From the IMG/VR virus record IMGVR_UViG_3300048836_000416: a stretch of DNA of 64,000 bases. One strand, given 5' to 3'. The stretch's first letter is position 1, and each line of letters opens with the position of its first letter. The position numbers were made by a program, and so were the translations under genes. Origin of the DNA: an uncultured virus (IMG/VR IMGVR_UViG_3300048836_000416). Its lineage: Duplodnaviria > Heunggongvirae > Uroviricota > Caudoviricetes. Positions 21,842 through 31,475 of this stretch are shown here, piece after piece. The notes below the pieces were generated by a model. It was given only the letters and a program-made list of their open reading frames with translations. It searched no databases and had not been told where the DNA came from.

Positions 21842-22402
21842 ATGCTTTACGTATCATTAGACATCGAAACTACCGGGCTTGACCCGGAGCGCCACCAAAT
21901 CCTCCAGATAGGAGCCATCGTAGAGGACACCAACAATCCGCTCGACTACGATCAAATACCCAAATTTGAGCGCCTGATCCGGCACAAAGACATCGTTGGC
22001 CAACCATACGCGCTCAACATGAATGCCGGCTTGATCGCAAAACTGGCCGAGTCAGATGCGTATGGAATATCTGCCGAGGCAGCGGTACTGGACCTGTATG
22101 ACTGGCTGCTCACCCACCTTGGCGTTCCGCTCACTGGGAAACTGCGCCCAACCTGGGCTGGCGCAAATATTGCTGACTTCGATATCCGGTTCTTGGAAAA
22201 GATTCCAAACTGGAGCACGTACTTTATGAACGCCGGCCGAGTGCTTGATCCGTCAATCTTATACATGAACTGGAAGACAGACACGAAACTACCGTCGTTG
22301 CAAAAGTGTCTGGACGCTGCCGGCATTGTGAAGACAGTCAAGCACGACGCGCTGGAAGACGCCTGGGATGTGATCTGCCTCCTGAGAAAACAGTACACTT
22401 AA
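21842..22402 (+). CDS. DEDDh 3'-5' exonuclease (DnaQ-like)
   Basis: ExoI LDIETTG, ExoII GANIADFD, ExoIII HDALED. Confidence 0.9.
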   Translation: MLYVSLDIETTGLDPERHQILQIGAIVEDTNNPLDYDQIPKFERLIRHKDIVGQPYALNMNAGLIAKLAESDAYGISAEAAVLDLYDWLLTHLGVPLTGKLRPTWAGANIADFDIRFLEKIPNWSTYFMNAGRVLDPSILYMNWKTDTKLPSLQKCLDAAGIVKTVKHDALEDAWDVICLLRKQYT

Positions 22403-22414
22403 AATCTCCTACTC

Positions 22415-23092
22415 ATGCAATTGGAGCAACAAGCAATCGACTTGGTACTGCGCCTTGCCTCGGCGCCTGACCCGTCGAATTTGACGGAGTTCTGGATGGA
22501 GGCTGTCGCGCTGTCGCCAAAGTTGTCGAGAAAAGAACCGAAGCCTACCAATCTTGAGATTGACGCCTTCAACTTCTTTCGCCTTACCTACAAACGCCTC
22601 GCCCCAGTTAAAGGGTGCATGGTAGAACTCAAGTGCTTCACAAAGCATAAGGATTGGCGAGACATCCTTCCGATGCTCCAGCACTCCATTGATCGGCAAA
22701 TAAACGAGCGCCGGGCCCTGGCCGACTCAGGGGGGTTTGTGGCGCCCTGGCCAATGCTTTCTACCTACTTGAATCAGCGCCGGTGGGAGATGATTTATTA
22801 CGACCTGGGCGACCAGGTGAAGACCGACCTCCCCGAGAAGTATGTCTCCTGGCTCAGGAAGTACATTGGGAAAAACCTACCATTGGCCGAGATAATCTCA
22901 AAAGCGCTGACCCTGCAACAATGCGAGGATTGGCAAACAAAAACTGGTATCTTCGCCGGCCTTGACCGGTCAATGTCCACTCAACGTATGGCAGAATTTT
23001 TCAATGAATTTCATACAAATTACTTCACCTCGGTAACAACCCGGACTGCCTGGGGAAGTGTGGCCGAATACTACCAACATTTAAAGAAATGA
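22415..23092 (+). CDS. Hypothetical protein with replisome-organizer-like motif
   Basis: PMLSTYLNQRRWE resembles the C-terminal motif of phage replication organizers. Confidence 0.5.
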   Translation: MQLEQQAIDLVLRLASAPDPSNLTEFWMEAVALSPKLSRKEPKPTNLEIDAFNFFRLTYKRLAPVKGCMVELKCFTKHKDWRDILPMLQHSIDRQINERRALADSGGFVAPWPMLSTYLNQRRWEMIYYDLGDQVKTDLPEKYVSWLRKYIGKNLPLAEIISKALTLQQCEDWQTKTGIFAGLDRSMSTQRMAEFFNEFHTNYFTSVTTRTAWGSVAEYYQHLKK

Positions 23093-23979
23093 ACCTTCGT
23101 CAACTTTCCGCCGACAAGCCGCTTGTCAAAAAAATCCAAGAGTGCCTCACTCTTGCCGGGTATCTCGATCCGGAGTTCCTCGTAAACAAAGACCTCACCG
23201 TAGGTTACAAGCCAGCAGACGGGATACTGGGGCCCAACACCGAGGCTGCGCTCCATTCCTATTTTCAGGTTGTGCATGACCGGGACTTCCTTGGTTTTAA
23301 TAACGACGAAATTTACGACACCCTCCTTCGGCATAACTTAACGTTAAGCAATGAAGGGAGTGTGGCAGAAAAAATACTCTTCGCAATGAAGGAGCGCGGC
23401 TACTACATTAGCCGCAACCCGGGCACCTACAATATCGTTTACCTCGAAGGGGTGACTCGTCTCGAGGATGGGACCTTTCAGTTAAACGATAACGCCGTGG
23501 ACGGATGGAATGACCTGCGGATGCTGATCAACATCGACCATGATGGGTGTCCCCAAATATCTGGATGCTGGCAGGCCACCACCGGCCCTGGCAAACCGTA
23601 CATCGACAACCCAATGAATCCCGATGGCGCCGCCAGGATTAAATTCGGGCAATACAAGGCGTGGATTTACGGCAAACACAAAGGTACTCAGACGGCTCTC
23701 CAACAAAACGGCCCGATCGTTGTATGTCGGGACCTGAACAAGGATGGCCAACGCGAGGGCGACCGGGAATTTCTCTCGATGGTAACAATCAATCAGCACA
23801 CGACATCGTACCACTTCAACGGCGAGAAGGTTGGCCCGCATTCGGCCGGCTGCCTCGTCGGTCGCTTTTACCATGAGCACCACAATTTTATGACAGATAT
23901 ACGCGAAGATTCGCGCTACCAACGCAACAACGCATACCAATTCATTACCACGGTAATGGATGGAAAATGGATTTTTTAA
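23089..23979 (+). CDS. Endolysin (peptidoglycan-binding domain plus Cys/His catalytic domain)
   Basis: ADGILGPNTEAAL PG-binding motif; ATTGPG...INQH...HSAGCLV catalytic domain. Confidence 0.75.
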   Translation: MNLRQLSADKPLVKKIQECLTLAGYLDPEFLVNKDLTVGYKPADGILGPNTEAALHSYFQVVHDRDFLGFNNDEIYDTLLRHNLTLSNEGSVAEKILFAMKERGYYISRNPGTYNIVYLEGVTRLEDGTFQLNDNAVDGWNDLRMLINIDHDGCPQISGCWQATTGPGKPYIDNPMNPDGAARIKFGQYKAWIYGKHKGTQTALQQNGPIVVCRDLNKDGQREGDREFLSMVTINQHTTSYHFNGEKVGPHSAGCLVGRFYHEHHNFMTDIREDSRYQRNNAYQFITTVMDGKWIF

Positions 23980-24000
23980 AGGTCGAACCATACAATCATT

Positions 24001-24030
24001 GCCGGGGCAATACCTGTCCCGGCTTTTTTA
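24001..24030 (+). terminator. Rho-independent terminator
   Basis: GCCGGGGCA-atacc-TGTCCCGGC followed by T6. Confidence 0.75.
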
Positions 24031-24062
24031 TCTTTCGCCTTCACCCGTAAAATAATCCGAAT

Positions 24063-25940
24063 ATGTTCAAGTTCGACCTTGAATCTTACATCGCTTCCGG
24101 GTTAATCCCGATGCCTATCACCATGCCGGACAAGGCCCCGGCCGGTGGATTTTCTCACCAAAAGTGGAACAAAGAACGCCCAACACCTGACGATATCAGG
24201 GCAGTGTGGGCGCGGTTCGGTCCTTATGCCGATGGTGTGGCGCTTTTGTGCGGCCACGGCCTTGAGATGTTAGACGTGGACCTCCAGGCCGACCCTGCCA
24301 AGGATATCAACTCGCGCTTTTACGACGCGATGATGGAAGAAATGCCCAACACCATGGAAAAGATGGTGATGGAGAAATCTTTCTCCGGTGGGATGCACTT
24401 CTGGTATCGGCTCCCTCAAGGGTACGAGTTTCCGTCAACCAAACTCGCTCGGATACCATACACCGAGGTTGACACTTTCATCCTGGGGCCAAAGTACGAT
24501 GGAAAGAAATTCGGCGCCATCCTTGAAACAAGGGGCCGGGGCGGATATGGCGCCTGCGCTCCTACTCAAGGGTATGAGTTGATGATGTCGGACTTCTTGA
24601 ACCTCAAGACGCTCACCGAAGACGAGCACGAAAAAATGTGGCAGATCGCCAGGTCATTCAACACGTATGTTGAGCCGCAAACATACATTCCAAACGAGAT
24701 CAGCAACGGCGCTGCCCGCCCGGGAGAGGATTACTCTGCCCGCATCTCCGTCCAGGAGTTCACTGATATGCTGGAGTCGGAAGGATGGCGGGTTATTGCT
24801 TCCAGGGGCGATTACGTTTACCTTAACCGCCCAGGAGCGAAGCACTCGAAACGCACCGATGCGGTCATTGTTCAATCAAAAAAACTTTTTGTTCCGTATT
24901 CCACTTCGATACCACAATTTGAGTCAGAGAAAGGTTACTCTCCTTTCAGGACATACGCGCTGATCAAGTGCGGTGGGGACTTCAAAAGGGCAGCGAAAGA
25001 ACTGACCGGCTCAGGGTATGGGGAACAAAAAAAAGAAGCAGTGTCAATGACTCCGGCCATTCCAGTAAACGAGGTGTTGGCCAAATACGACGAGTCCAGA
25101 ATCAAACTCAGCAACCGGCCGGCGCTTGACTTCAACCTGCATGTGATAAAAGAACCGGAAACGCCTTACTCAGCGCCGGAGATGTTTGGTGTTGCATTCC
25201 CTGGCGCCCTGATTGGGATGGTAGGTAAGTCGAAGTCCAGAAAGACAACTGTCCTGACCGCGACAATTGCTTCGGCGCTGCGCGGGGAAACGGTGTGTGG
25301 ATTCAACTACAAAACCGAGGGCAATGTTCTTTGGATCGACACTGAGCAGCCGGACTTCTACGCCTGGCTGACTTGCTGGCGAATCTTGGTCCAGGCCGGT
25401 GGTCAGAATGACCGGCTCCACTTTTACTCCTTCTTCAAGTTGTCGAAAAAAGAGATGAAGGACGCTATTAACGCCTTGATCCTGGCGTTAAAGCCGACAA
25501 TCGTTGTGATCGACGGCATCGCTGATTTGGTTGGCTCCATAAACAAGGAGGAGGATTCATTCGATTTTGTAACCGGCTGGCTCCGGCCGCTCACCTTTAT
25601 CTGCAACTCCACGATCTTCGCGGTACTCCACTTGAACAAGTCCGATGGCCAGATGTCAGGATGGATCGGGACCGTTCTGAGTAAAAAAGCTGACGGCACT
25701 ATGCAGGTGGACCACGTTGATGACTTTTCGGTGGATGTGTCCATGAGGGAAGCCAGGGCTGAGAGGTTCCCTGCATACCGTTTGTACACCGAGAAAGGGA
25801 TGCACGGCATCCTATATAAGGACAAGAAACCTAATTACAACTACACAATTGGGTACGAAAACGAAAAAAATATTGCCATCGCGGCAGAGAATCAGTTTGA
25901 ATTAGAGGAGGTTATAGATTACGAAGATATTCCATTCTAA
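24063..25940 (+). CDS. Primase-helicase (Prim-Pol domain plus RecA-like AAA helicase)
   Basis: MLDVD and SGGMHFWY AEP motifs; Walker A GKSKSRKT, IDTEQ, VVIDGIAD, VLHLNK. Confidence 0.85.
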   Translation: MFKFDLESYIASGLIPMPITMPDKAPAGGFSHQKWNKERPTPDDIRAVWARFGPYADGVALLCGHGLEMLDVDLQADPAKDINSRFYDAMMEEMPNTMEKMVMEKSFSGGMHFWYRLPQGYEFPSTKLARIPYTEVDTFILGPKYDGKKFGAILETRGRGGYGACAPTQGYELMMSDFLNLKTLTEDEHEKMWQIARSFNTYVEPQTYIPNEISNGAARPGEDYSARISVQEFTDMLESEGWRVIASRGDYVYLNRPGAKHSKRTDAVIVQSKKLFVPYSTSIPQFESEKGYSPFRTYALIKCGGDFKRAAKELTGSGYGEQKKEAVSMTPAIPVNEVLAKYDESRIKLSNRPALDFNLHVIKEPETPYSAPEMFGVAFPGALIGMVGKSKSRKTTVLTATIASALRGETVCGFNYKTEGNVLWIDTEQPDFYAWLTCWRILVQAGGQNDRLHFYSFFKLSKKEMKDAINALILALKPTIVVIDGIADLVGSINKEEDSFDFVTGWLRPLTFICNSTIFAVLHLNKSDGQMSGWIGTVLSKKADGTMQVDHVDDFSVDVSMREARAERFPAYRLYTEKGMHGILYKDKKPNYNYTIGYENEKNIAIAAENQFELEEVIDYEDIPF

Positions 25941-25988
25941 ATTAGGTTACAAAATAGTTGCGTGTAACCTAATGTTATTTTAACTTTG
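25941..25988 (+). promoter_or_regulatory. Promoter (TTG ... TAACTTTG) overlapped by an 11-bp inverted repeat
   Basis: ATTAGGTTACA-N11-TGTAACCTAAT; -7 box at 25981-25988. Confidence 0.65.
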
Positions 25989-26004
25989 CAATAAAAATAA
26001 CAGA

Positions 26005-26250
26005 ATGGAAGGACTTGACTTGTACCGATTTTTACATGAACACGACATTGCAATGCGATGGGATGACGAACAACTGTCAACCTGGGTTTCACATTGGCAC
26101 CTCGAAGACTTCGCCAAACTGATAGGCTCCTCGCTGGAAGAAGGTGGCCGAAATGCACACCTTTGTTCGGACGGTTCAATCTGGATAGACTTAGTTCCTA
26201 TCTGTGAATACTATGGAATTGAACCTGAAAAAATATTCCCGAAAACATGA
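26005..26250 (+). CDS. Hypothetical protein
   Basis: 81-aa ORF directly after the promoter and leader. Confidence 0.65.
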   Translation: MEGLDLYRFLHEHDIAMRWDDEQLSTWVSHWHLEDFAKLIGSSLEEGGRNAHLCSDGSIWIDLVPICEYYGIEPEKIFPKT

Positions 26251-26897
26251 AGAAGAAACGCGAGATACGCGGGTGGAATGACCCGGAAGGGGAAGAGTAT
26301 TACATCTGGGACACCATCGCCCGGATTGACGGTGCCCCGGTGGCGAATATGTACCACTTTGTAGCCGACGCCAAGGACTTAATCATTATCCCAGAGCGGA
26401 AGCGGCCTTGTATAACCCTGGAAGACGGGGTAAAAATCACCGAGACAGACCTCCGGTTCGCCACTCCGCAGATCACACTTCCTGATCACGAATCCGGCGA
26501 CTGGAGAAGTTTCGGAGAGAAGGTATGGATATGGCGCATGTCGCCGGCGTACACGATTGAGTCGTGGTTGGAGGAAGTTAAGCGCGGCGGAGAGATAGTA
26601 TGCTGGACCACCCAAAAATGGGTTGTGTCCTGGGTGAAGCGAAAATTCACTCCGTATGTCTTAGTGGCCCATGAACTTCCTATCAAAACCCCGGTGGGGG
26701 TGATCTTCGCTGCATTCAGGCCGAAACTGGTCTACTACCCATACGACGACTCCAGTGACCCCAAACACCTGGCGCAGATCGACAAGTACAGTGGCGGCAT
26801 GGCTGAGCGAAAGATACGGGTCGCAAACACAATGGTGTGGACCAATCACGAAAAGACGGAGTTCCGGCCGTTAGCAACAAAGATCATTCACTTTTAA
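26247..26897 (+). CDS. Hypothetical protein
   Basis: 216-aa ORF with ATGA overlap. Confidence 0.7.
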   Translation: MKKKREIRGWNDPEGEEYYIWDTIARIDGAPVANMYHFVADAKDLIIIPERKRPCITLEDGVKITETDLRFATPQITLPDHESGDWRSFGEKVWIWRMSPAYTIESWLEEVKRGGEIVCWTTQKWVVSWVKRKFTPYVLVAHELPIKTPVGVIFAAFRPKLVYYPYDDSSDPKHLAQIDKYSGGMAERKIRVANTMVWTNHEKTEFRPLATKIIHF

Positions 26898-26966
26898 GAT
26901 ATAACAGGGCGTGGTCGTAACTCACATTCAGTTCTCAAGGCTGTTCCGCGTCCTGTTTTTTTACTC

Positions 26967-27233
26967 ATGCCAGTAATAAGAATAACAAATCGTATCGCAA
27001 AGAAAAAGCATCTGTGCAACGCATGTCTTTTTCTTTTTGAGTCAGACTACCGTAGTCTGGGCGCCACCATCTCTGAATACCGGCAGATAATTGCCGCTAA
27101 GAGGGAGAATGGTTATATCCGCCCTGGAGAAGCGTACCAAGAAGTTGTCACTAACGACGAGGGCATGTTCTCATTTAGGCAGAAACCTGCTATTGACCAA
27201 ATTTGCAGAAAATACGACTTATACCCAGACTAA
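26967..27233 (+). CDS. Small Cys-containing hypothetical protein
   Basis: AKKKHLCNAC...IRPGEAY...C pattern; TAATG-coupled to the recombinase. Confidence 0.65.
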   Translation: MPVIRITNRIAKKKHLCNACLFLFESDYRSLGATISEYRQIIAAKRENGYIRPGEAYQEVVTNDEGMFSFRQKPAIDQICRKYDLYPD

Positions 27234-28042
27234 TGTTCAATATACACAAATCAGACAAGAACGCTCCGATCCGTTCTGCCCGGGTTCTTGGATCAAGAAA
27301 GACCAGGTGTGTCCCGTTTGAAGACATCCAAAAGGTCTTGGGTATCTTTGAGAGAGAAGCGTCCTTGTCAAAAAAAGACCGGGCACTGCTATACCAGGAA
27401 CTTTACCCGGAGTGGAAGGATCGCTCCTATGAGACGTATAAAAACCGATGTCGCATCAAAACCGCAGTTGGGTCATGGAGGCTCCTGCTTATGATTGCGC
27501 TCCCCCTGTACACTGGCTTCCGCAGAAGCGACGTGATAAAATTGAAATGGAGCGACCTGCTCTACTTCGGCGCCAACCAGGAACTCGCCGTTCGGCCGCA
27601 GTTCACGATCCTGGAGCAGAAAACCCAACGGTATCGCCGGCCAAGAACTATCCCCCTCGGGGCAGACATTGGGTTTTACATTATGAAGTTTTACGCCCAG
27701 GTAAAGCCTCGGGACCTGGATACCTATATTTTCATCGCAAAAACCAAGTCAAAGACACCTCATATTACGGGCCCCGGGTACTGTGTCAAGATCAACGACG
27801 CCTTTGCCCGGTTCGACATCTTCGACGGCGACGGGAAGGTGGCGCCTCACTCCCTCAGAAAGTCTTACTGCCAGTACATATTCAAGGAATTTGGCTCAAA
27901 CTTTGACGCACTCCTTAAACTCCAAAAAATCCTGGGGCACTCCACAATTGAGATCACCATTAAATACCTGGACGTTGACATCTCCGAATCCACAACCGTA
28001 CATAATGCAATCTCCTTTAGAGGCACAGGCCCTCGTCCTTAA
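27233..28042 (+). CDS. Tyrosine recombinase (mostly catalytic domain)
   Basis: TGFRRSD, EQKT, HSLRK, LGHS and KYL supply the R-K-H-R-H-Y residues; short N-terminus; no obvious IntI-specific insertion. Confidence 0.92.
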   Translation: MFNIHKSDKNAPIRSARVLGSRKTRCVPFEDIQKVLGIFEREASLSKKDRALLYQELYPEWKDRSYETYKNRCRIKTAVGSWRLLLMIALPLYTGFRRSDVIKLKWSDLLYFGANQELAVRPQFTILEQKTQRYRRPRTIPLGADIGFYIMKFYAQVKPRDLDTYIFIAKTKSKTPHITGPGYCVKINDAFARFDIFDGDGKVAPHSLRKSYCQYIFKEFGSNFDALLKLQKILGHSTIEITIKYLDVDISESTTVHNAISFRGTGPRP

Positions 28043-28400
28043 TATCAACTTGCAAAACTTCGAGGCAAGCCTTGACAAGTTCACTGAGATGACTCACAAG
28101 GCCGCTGTTGCAGGCAATCCGCAAGTAGATCGCTACCGGCGCCTCGCGCACATGCGTGCCGTGTTGGACACCATGAAAGATTTCCCGGCCATTATGATTA
28201 TGACGGCTAAGGGAGATGACGACACCGCCGCGTGGATGCTCGAAGAGTTCCAGGCAAGGATCACTCCTGACTTCATCTCGTCGGTGGAGGAGTGCAAAAA
28301 CATTTTCTCACAAACCTGGTCCAACGCAGATATGGCCCCGCTCGGGCTGATCTGGTGGGTCGCAAACGACTGCATTAAATCTTATGGAAAGACTGACTGA
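28005..28400 (+). CDS. Hypothetical protein
   Basis: Probable start MQSPLEAQ; overlaps the recombinase 3' end. Confidence 0.55.
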   Translation: MQSPLEAQALVLNINLQNFEASLDKFTEMTHKAAVAGNPQVDRYRRLAHMRAVLDTMKDFPAIMIMTAKGDDDTAAWMLEEFQARITPDFISSVEECKNIFSQTWSNADMAPLGLIWWVANDCIKSYGKTD

Positions 28401-28563
28401 CGAATCAATTATGCCATGGGGTATCCACGCCGGCAAAAAAATGGAGGACGTTCCAGACTCGTACCTCCTTTGGCTTTATGAGGTACGAAAGGTTGGCGGC
28501 TCGGTTGGCGCCTATATTGTTGAAAACTTAGACGCCATAAGGCAAAACGTAAATGGCAAATAG
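28384..28563 (+). CDS. 59-aa DUF3820-like protein (absent from the ORF track)
   Basis: Hand translation MERLTDESIMPWGIHAGKKMEDVPDSYLLWLY matches the MPFGKHKG..DVP.SYL.WL pattern. Confidence 0.75.
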   Translation: MERLTDESIMPWGIHAGKKMEDVPDSYLLWLYEVRKVGGSVGAYIVENLDAIRQNVNGK

Positions 28564-28981
28564 GGGCTTCGGGAAATGGACCAAGAAGACTGTAAAAGGC
28601 TTGAGCAAGATGACTGCCGCCGACTTCAAAAAAAAGAAGGATGTGTCGAAGCCTAAAGGCCGACATCTCACCAAGGATGGGCGCCAAGACTTTTGCAAAG
28701 AATGCGTGGAGCGCGGACTCCCTTGCCCGGTCCCCGAGTATAAGCCGTTCATCGAGACACTTGGACGGAAGCATTCGGTAGACTTCGCTTTCTTCCTGGG
28801 CGCCAAGAAGTTGGCGCTGGAGGTAGAAGGGTGGGGCCACCGGACCACTGCCAGATACAACAGTGATCTTTTTAAGTATAACGAACTGAGCCAGCACGGA
28901 TTCCATATTTTTCGGGTTAAACCAAAGACGCTTTACTCAGAAGACACATACGCTTACATTAAAAAATTCTTTAATTTATAG
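28553..28981 (+). CDS. PD-(D/E)XK endonuclease (DUF559/Vsr-like)
   Basis: PEYKP...VDFA...LALEVEG.GH...D..KYN.L...GFHIFR. Confidence 0.8.
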   Translation: MANRGFGKWTKKTVKGLSKMTAADFKKKKDVSKPKGRHLTKDGRQDFCKECVERGLPCPVPEYKPFIETLGRKHSVDFAFFLGAKKLALEVEGWGHRTTARYNSDLFKYNELSQHGFHIFRVKPKTLYSEDTYAYIKKFFNL

Positions 28982-28983
28982 TT

Positions 28984-29277
28984 ATGCACTACGTTTCGAC
29001 ACTCACTCACTTCCGACAAACTCCTGGCCGCAGAACAGGAAACACGACAAGGATTTCCGACATGGCCATCCAACTATTGTTCGAGGGAAAGAATGTTCTT
29101 TGCCGGGATCACCATGAATGGGGCGCCAACTTTGATGCAAACAGAAGGCTGTTTGATATTGTGATGCGGAGATTGCACCAAGAGCACCAAGGGCTTATTG
29201 TTGACAAGAAGTTTATAGCCGACAAGAATGCGCTTATGATATCAATATCGGGAGACTTAAAAAGAGACGGAGAATGA
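28984..29277 (+). CDS. Hypothetical protein
   Basis: 97-aa ORF with GRRTGNTTR motif, in operon context. Confidence 0.6.
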   Translation: MHYVSTLTHFRQTPGRRTGNTTRISDMAIQLLFEGKNVLCRDHHEWGANFDANRRLFDIVMRRLHQEHQGLIVDKKFIADKNALMISISGDLKRDGE

Positions 29278-29549
29278 CCGCTGAGTTCATATACGTCGTC
29301 TGGTGGTCATTCTACCTCCAGTTCCAGATCGTAGACGCCCTGATCTACGCATCCTGTTTTGGGCAGACGCCACCAAGCGGCATAGTGCTGACGACTCAGC
29401 ATACCTTCGATGGAAACCACATCTACCTGTCGATGCCTGGGTGGATAGCGCTCTTAGTAGGAGCAATCATTGACGCGCAAATACTACTGTTGTTCGCGGC
29501 GATATTAGATGTGGCCGTAAAGAAAAGGATAGATACCTTGGATACGTAA
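29274..29549 (+). CDS. Small membrane protein
   Basis: Two hydrophobic segments; ATGA overlap. Confidence 0.55.
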   Translation: MTAEFIYVVWWSFYLQFQIVDALIYASCFGQTPPSGIVLTTQHTFDGNHIYLSMPGWIALLVGAIIDAQILLLFAAILDVAVKKRIDTLDT

Positions 29550-29587
29550 AAATGGCCCGCAGGTTTCGATCTGCGGGCCCTTTTTTA
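29549..29587. terminator. Terminator between convergent genes, likely bidirectional
   Basis: GGCCCGCAG-loop-CTGCGGGCC flanked by A and T tracts. Confidence 0.75.
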
Positions 29588-30016
29588 TTCAGCCGGGGTG
29601 GCCCATTTTTTCAGGGTCTTGTTGCTGAACCGGAGCCGGCGCTTCACGTTGTCTGCCTCAGCGGTCTTTTCGACCCGGGAAACGTGGACGGAGACAACCT
29701 TGTTTCCGAGCGCTTTGATTTGAAGGCCGTAGCACGGCGCCTCACCTGGGACTGCAACCACTTTGCCAGCGACGTACAGATCGTCAGCAACCTTTACAAA
29801 TACGGTGTCGTCTGGAGCGATGTCGCGGTCGGCGAACTCGTCAACTACTGCGGCGAACTCTTCGATAGCCGGCTCGTCTTCTTCGGCGGGATCTTCGACC
29901 TCGGGTTCGTCAATAACTTCTTCGGTGGGAGCGAACCCGTCGTAGCCCTCGATATCATTCACGAGATCGGGACCGCCAAATTCAAGTGGATCAACATTTT
30001 TATTCTTCTTTGCCAT
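29585..30016 (-). CDS. Acidic hypothetical protein
   Basis: 143 aa, D/E-rich N-terminal half; ends at the terminator. Confidence 0.7.
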   Translation of the reverse strand: MAKKNKNVDPLEFGGPDLVNDIEGYDGFAPTEEVIDEPEVEDPAEEDEPAIEEFAAVVDEFADRDIAPDDTVFVKVADDLYVAGKVVAVPGEAPCYGLQIKALGNKVVSVHVSRVEKTAEADNVKRRLRFSNKTLKKWATPAE

Positions 30017-30025
30017 GGTATTTAT

Positions 30026-30277
30026 TTATTCGCCGAACACGGCGATGTTTAATGAATCTTGGTTAAGTGCTCCAAAGTACCGTTGCTCGGGCCACTGTAT
30101 GTTTAAGATTTCGCCTGACTGATTGGCTCCGTATGACCTTAATTCCTGAATATTGGCTGCCGAAACGCCTTTCTCTCGGCACATCCGGTCGAATCTGATC
30201 CTGGAGGCTTCGAGGTCGCGCTTTGTTTCCTCAACTGATTTCTTTTTTTCGTTTTGCATGACGATAATTTTAGCCAC
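30026..30277 (-). CDS. Hypothetical protein
   Basis: 83-aa ORF co-oriented with 29585..30016. Confidence 0.55.
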   Translation of the reverse strand: MAKIIVMQNEKKKSVEETKRDLEASRIRFDRMCREKGVSAANIQELRSYGANQSGEILNIQWPEQRYFGALNQDSLNIAVFGE

Positions 30278-30397
30278 AAATATAAATAAAGCCGCCCGGC
30301 TTTACAACTGGGCGGCTCAAAAATTACTCATGCAAAGTAAAAACGAAAAAACCCGAAAAAACATTGCTGTAATTCCGGGCTTATTCTTACATTTGCG

Positions 30398-31345
30398 ATG
30401 TCAAGCACAAACATGGGACAAAAGTACACCATACCAGTGAAACTCCTAAATTTTTTTTTAGGACATCCAAAAAGAGGGGTCATCCTCTCGGCAATGAGGT
30501 TATTTTTTTACATAAAAATAAACTTCGGCGCTTATCTCGCTGGCCGTTCCCGAAAAAAACTCCTCATTCATTTCTCCCAATACGAGTTAAACAAGTACCT
30601 AAAGTGGTTAGACGACCGAGGGTACATTGAAATTGACAGTTCAGGCGGTATTCGCCCAATGTCAACTGAAAACTTTTTGCGGTTCGTTTTCCCCAACGAT
30701 TACAACCGCAAGGGAATCACATTTAAAAAGATCGACCTTCCAAGTAGTGTACTTAAAAATTCCCATGACTGGAAATCATGGGTAAAGGGCCATGGCATTG
30801 CCTGGCTCACCGTAAGTTTACGCTCCGGCGAAACGAAACAAAAGGCCCGCCACTTTGCGGCAGATAATACTGGCATCAACAAAGAAGAGTTAATTATACT
30901 CTCGCCAGGCAGAACCGTATCTGAGCACACCAAAGTAGCACAAGGGCTTTCTTGTTCGTTAATCCAGCGTAGATTCGGTATCGCAAAATCAACCGCATCT
31001 GTTTGGCGGGAACGTGGGCAAATCTTCGGTTATAAGACCGTAAGGGTTGCCAGGAAGATCAAACTACACACGTACCCACAAACCATTGAGTCAGACGACG
31101 AGGCTATTGTTCTCCTCTGGAGAAGCATCTACCGGCTAAGGTCGCAGGAGTCGCCATACATGGGCGCGGCGCCTGTGCAAACGCTTTGGAAAAAGCGGGC
31201 AGAGATTGGCTTATCCAGAAAAAACAGTGAGTCAGGGTTTATGCAGGATGCAGGTATTTTGTACTGCCGAAACGGTTTTGTTGTCGAGGAGCAGCCGGCT
31301 TTAATAGTGTTCAATCGGCAAAAATCTTCTTTTTGGGTGTCTTGA
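30398..31345 (+). CDS. Basic putative DNA-binding protein (possible replication initiator)
   Basis: wHTH-like KYLKWLDDRGYIE and HTH-like LSCSLIQRRFGIAKSTASVW; AT-rich tract follows the gene. Confidence 0.5.
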   Translation: MSSTNMGQKYTIPVKLLNFFLGHPKRGVILSAMRLFFYIKINFGAYLAGRSRKKLLIHFSQYELNKYLKWLDDRGYIEIDSSGGIRPMSTENFLRFVFPNDYNRKGITFKKIDLPSSVLKNSHDWKSWVKGHGIAWLTVSLRSGETKQKARHFAADNTGINKEELIILSPGRTVSEHTKVAQGLSCSLIQRRFGIAKSTASVWRERGQIFGYKTVRVARKIKLHTYPQTIESDDEAIVLLWRSIYRLRSQESPYMGAAPVQTLWKKRAEIGLSRKNSESGFMQDAGILYCRNGFVVEEQPALIVFNRQKSSFWVS

Positions 31346-31475
31346 AAAAAGTCCGAACCAATATATTCTGGCTTGGATTTTATCCATCCAATCTGTTTAT
31401 AAATCTACTTATGAATATATCAATTCTTATATAGATTCTTATATATATTAAAAGCGCAAAAAAAAATCGAAAAAA

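Noticed and set aside
26901..26962. Third attC-like site
   Set aside because: Ends GTTTTTT rather than GTTRRRY and no crosswise partner core was found; a terminator-like hairpin is as likely. Mentioned only as context for the recombinase.
27233..28042. Prophage integrase with att site or host boundary
   Set aside because: No host genes, repressor or att duplication recognised; the whole window looks phage-derived.
29552..30052. 166-aa plus-strand ORF
   Set aside because: Starts inside a terminator and is the antisense shadow of 29585..30016.
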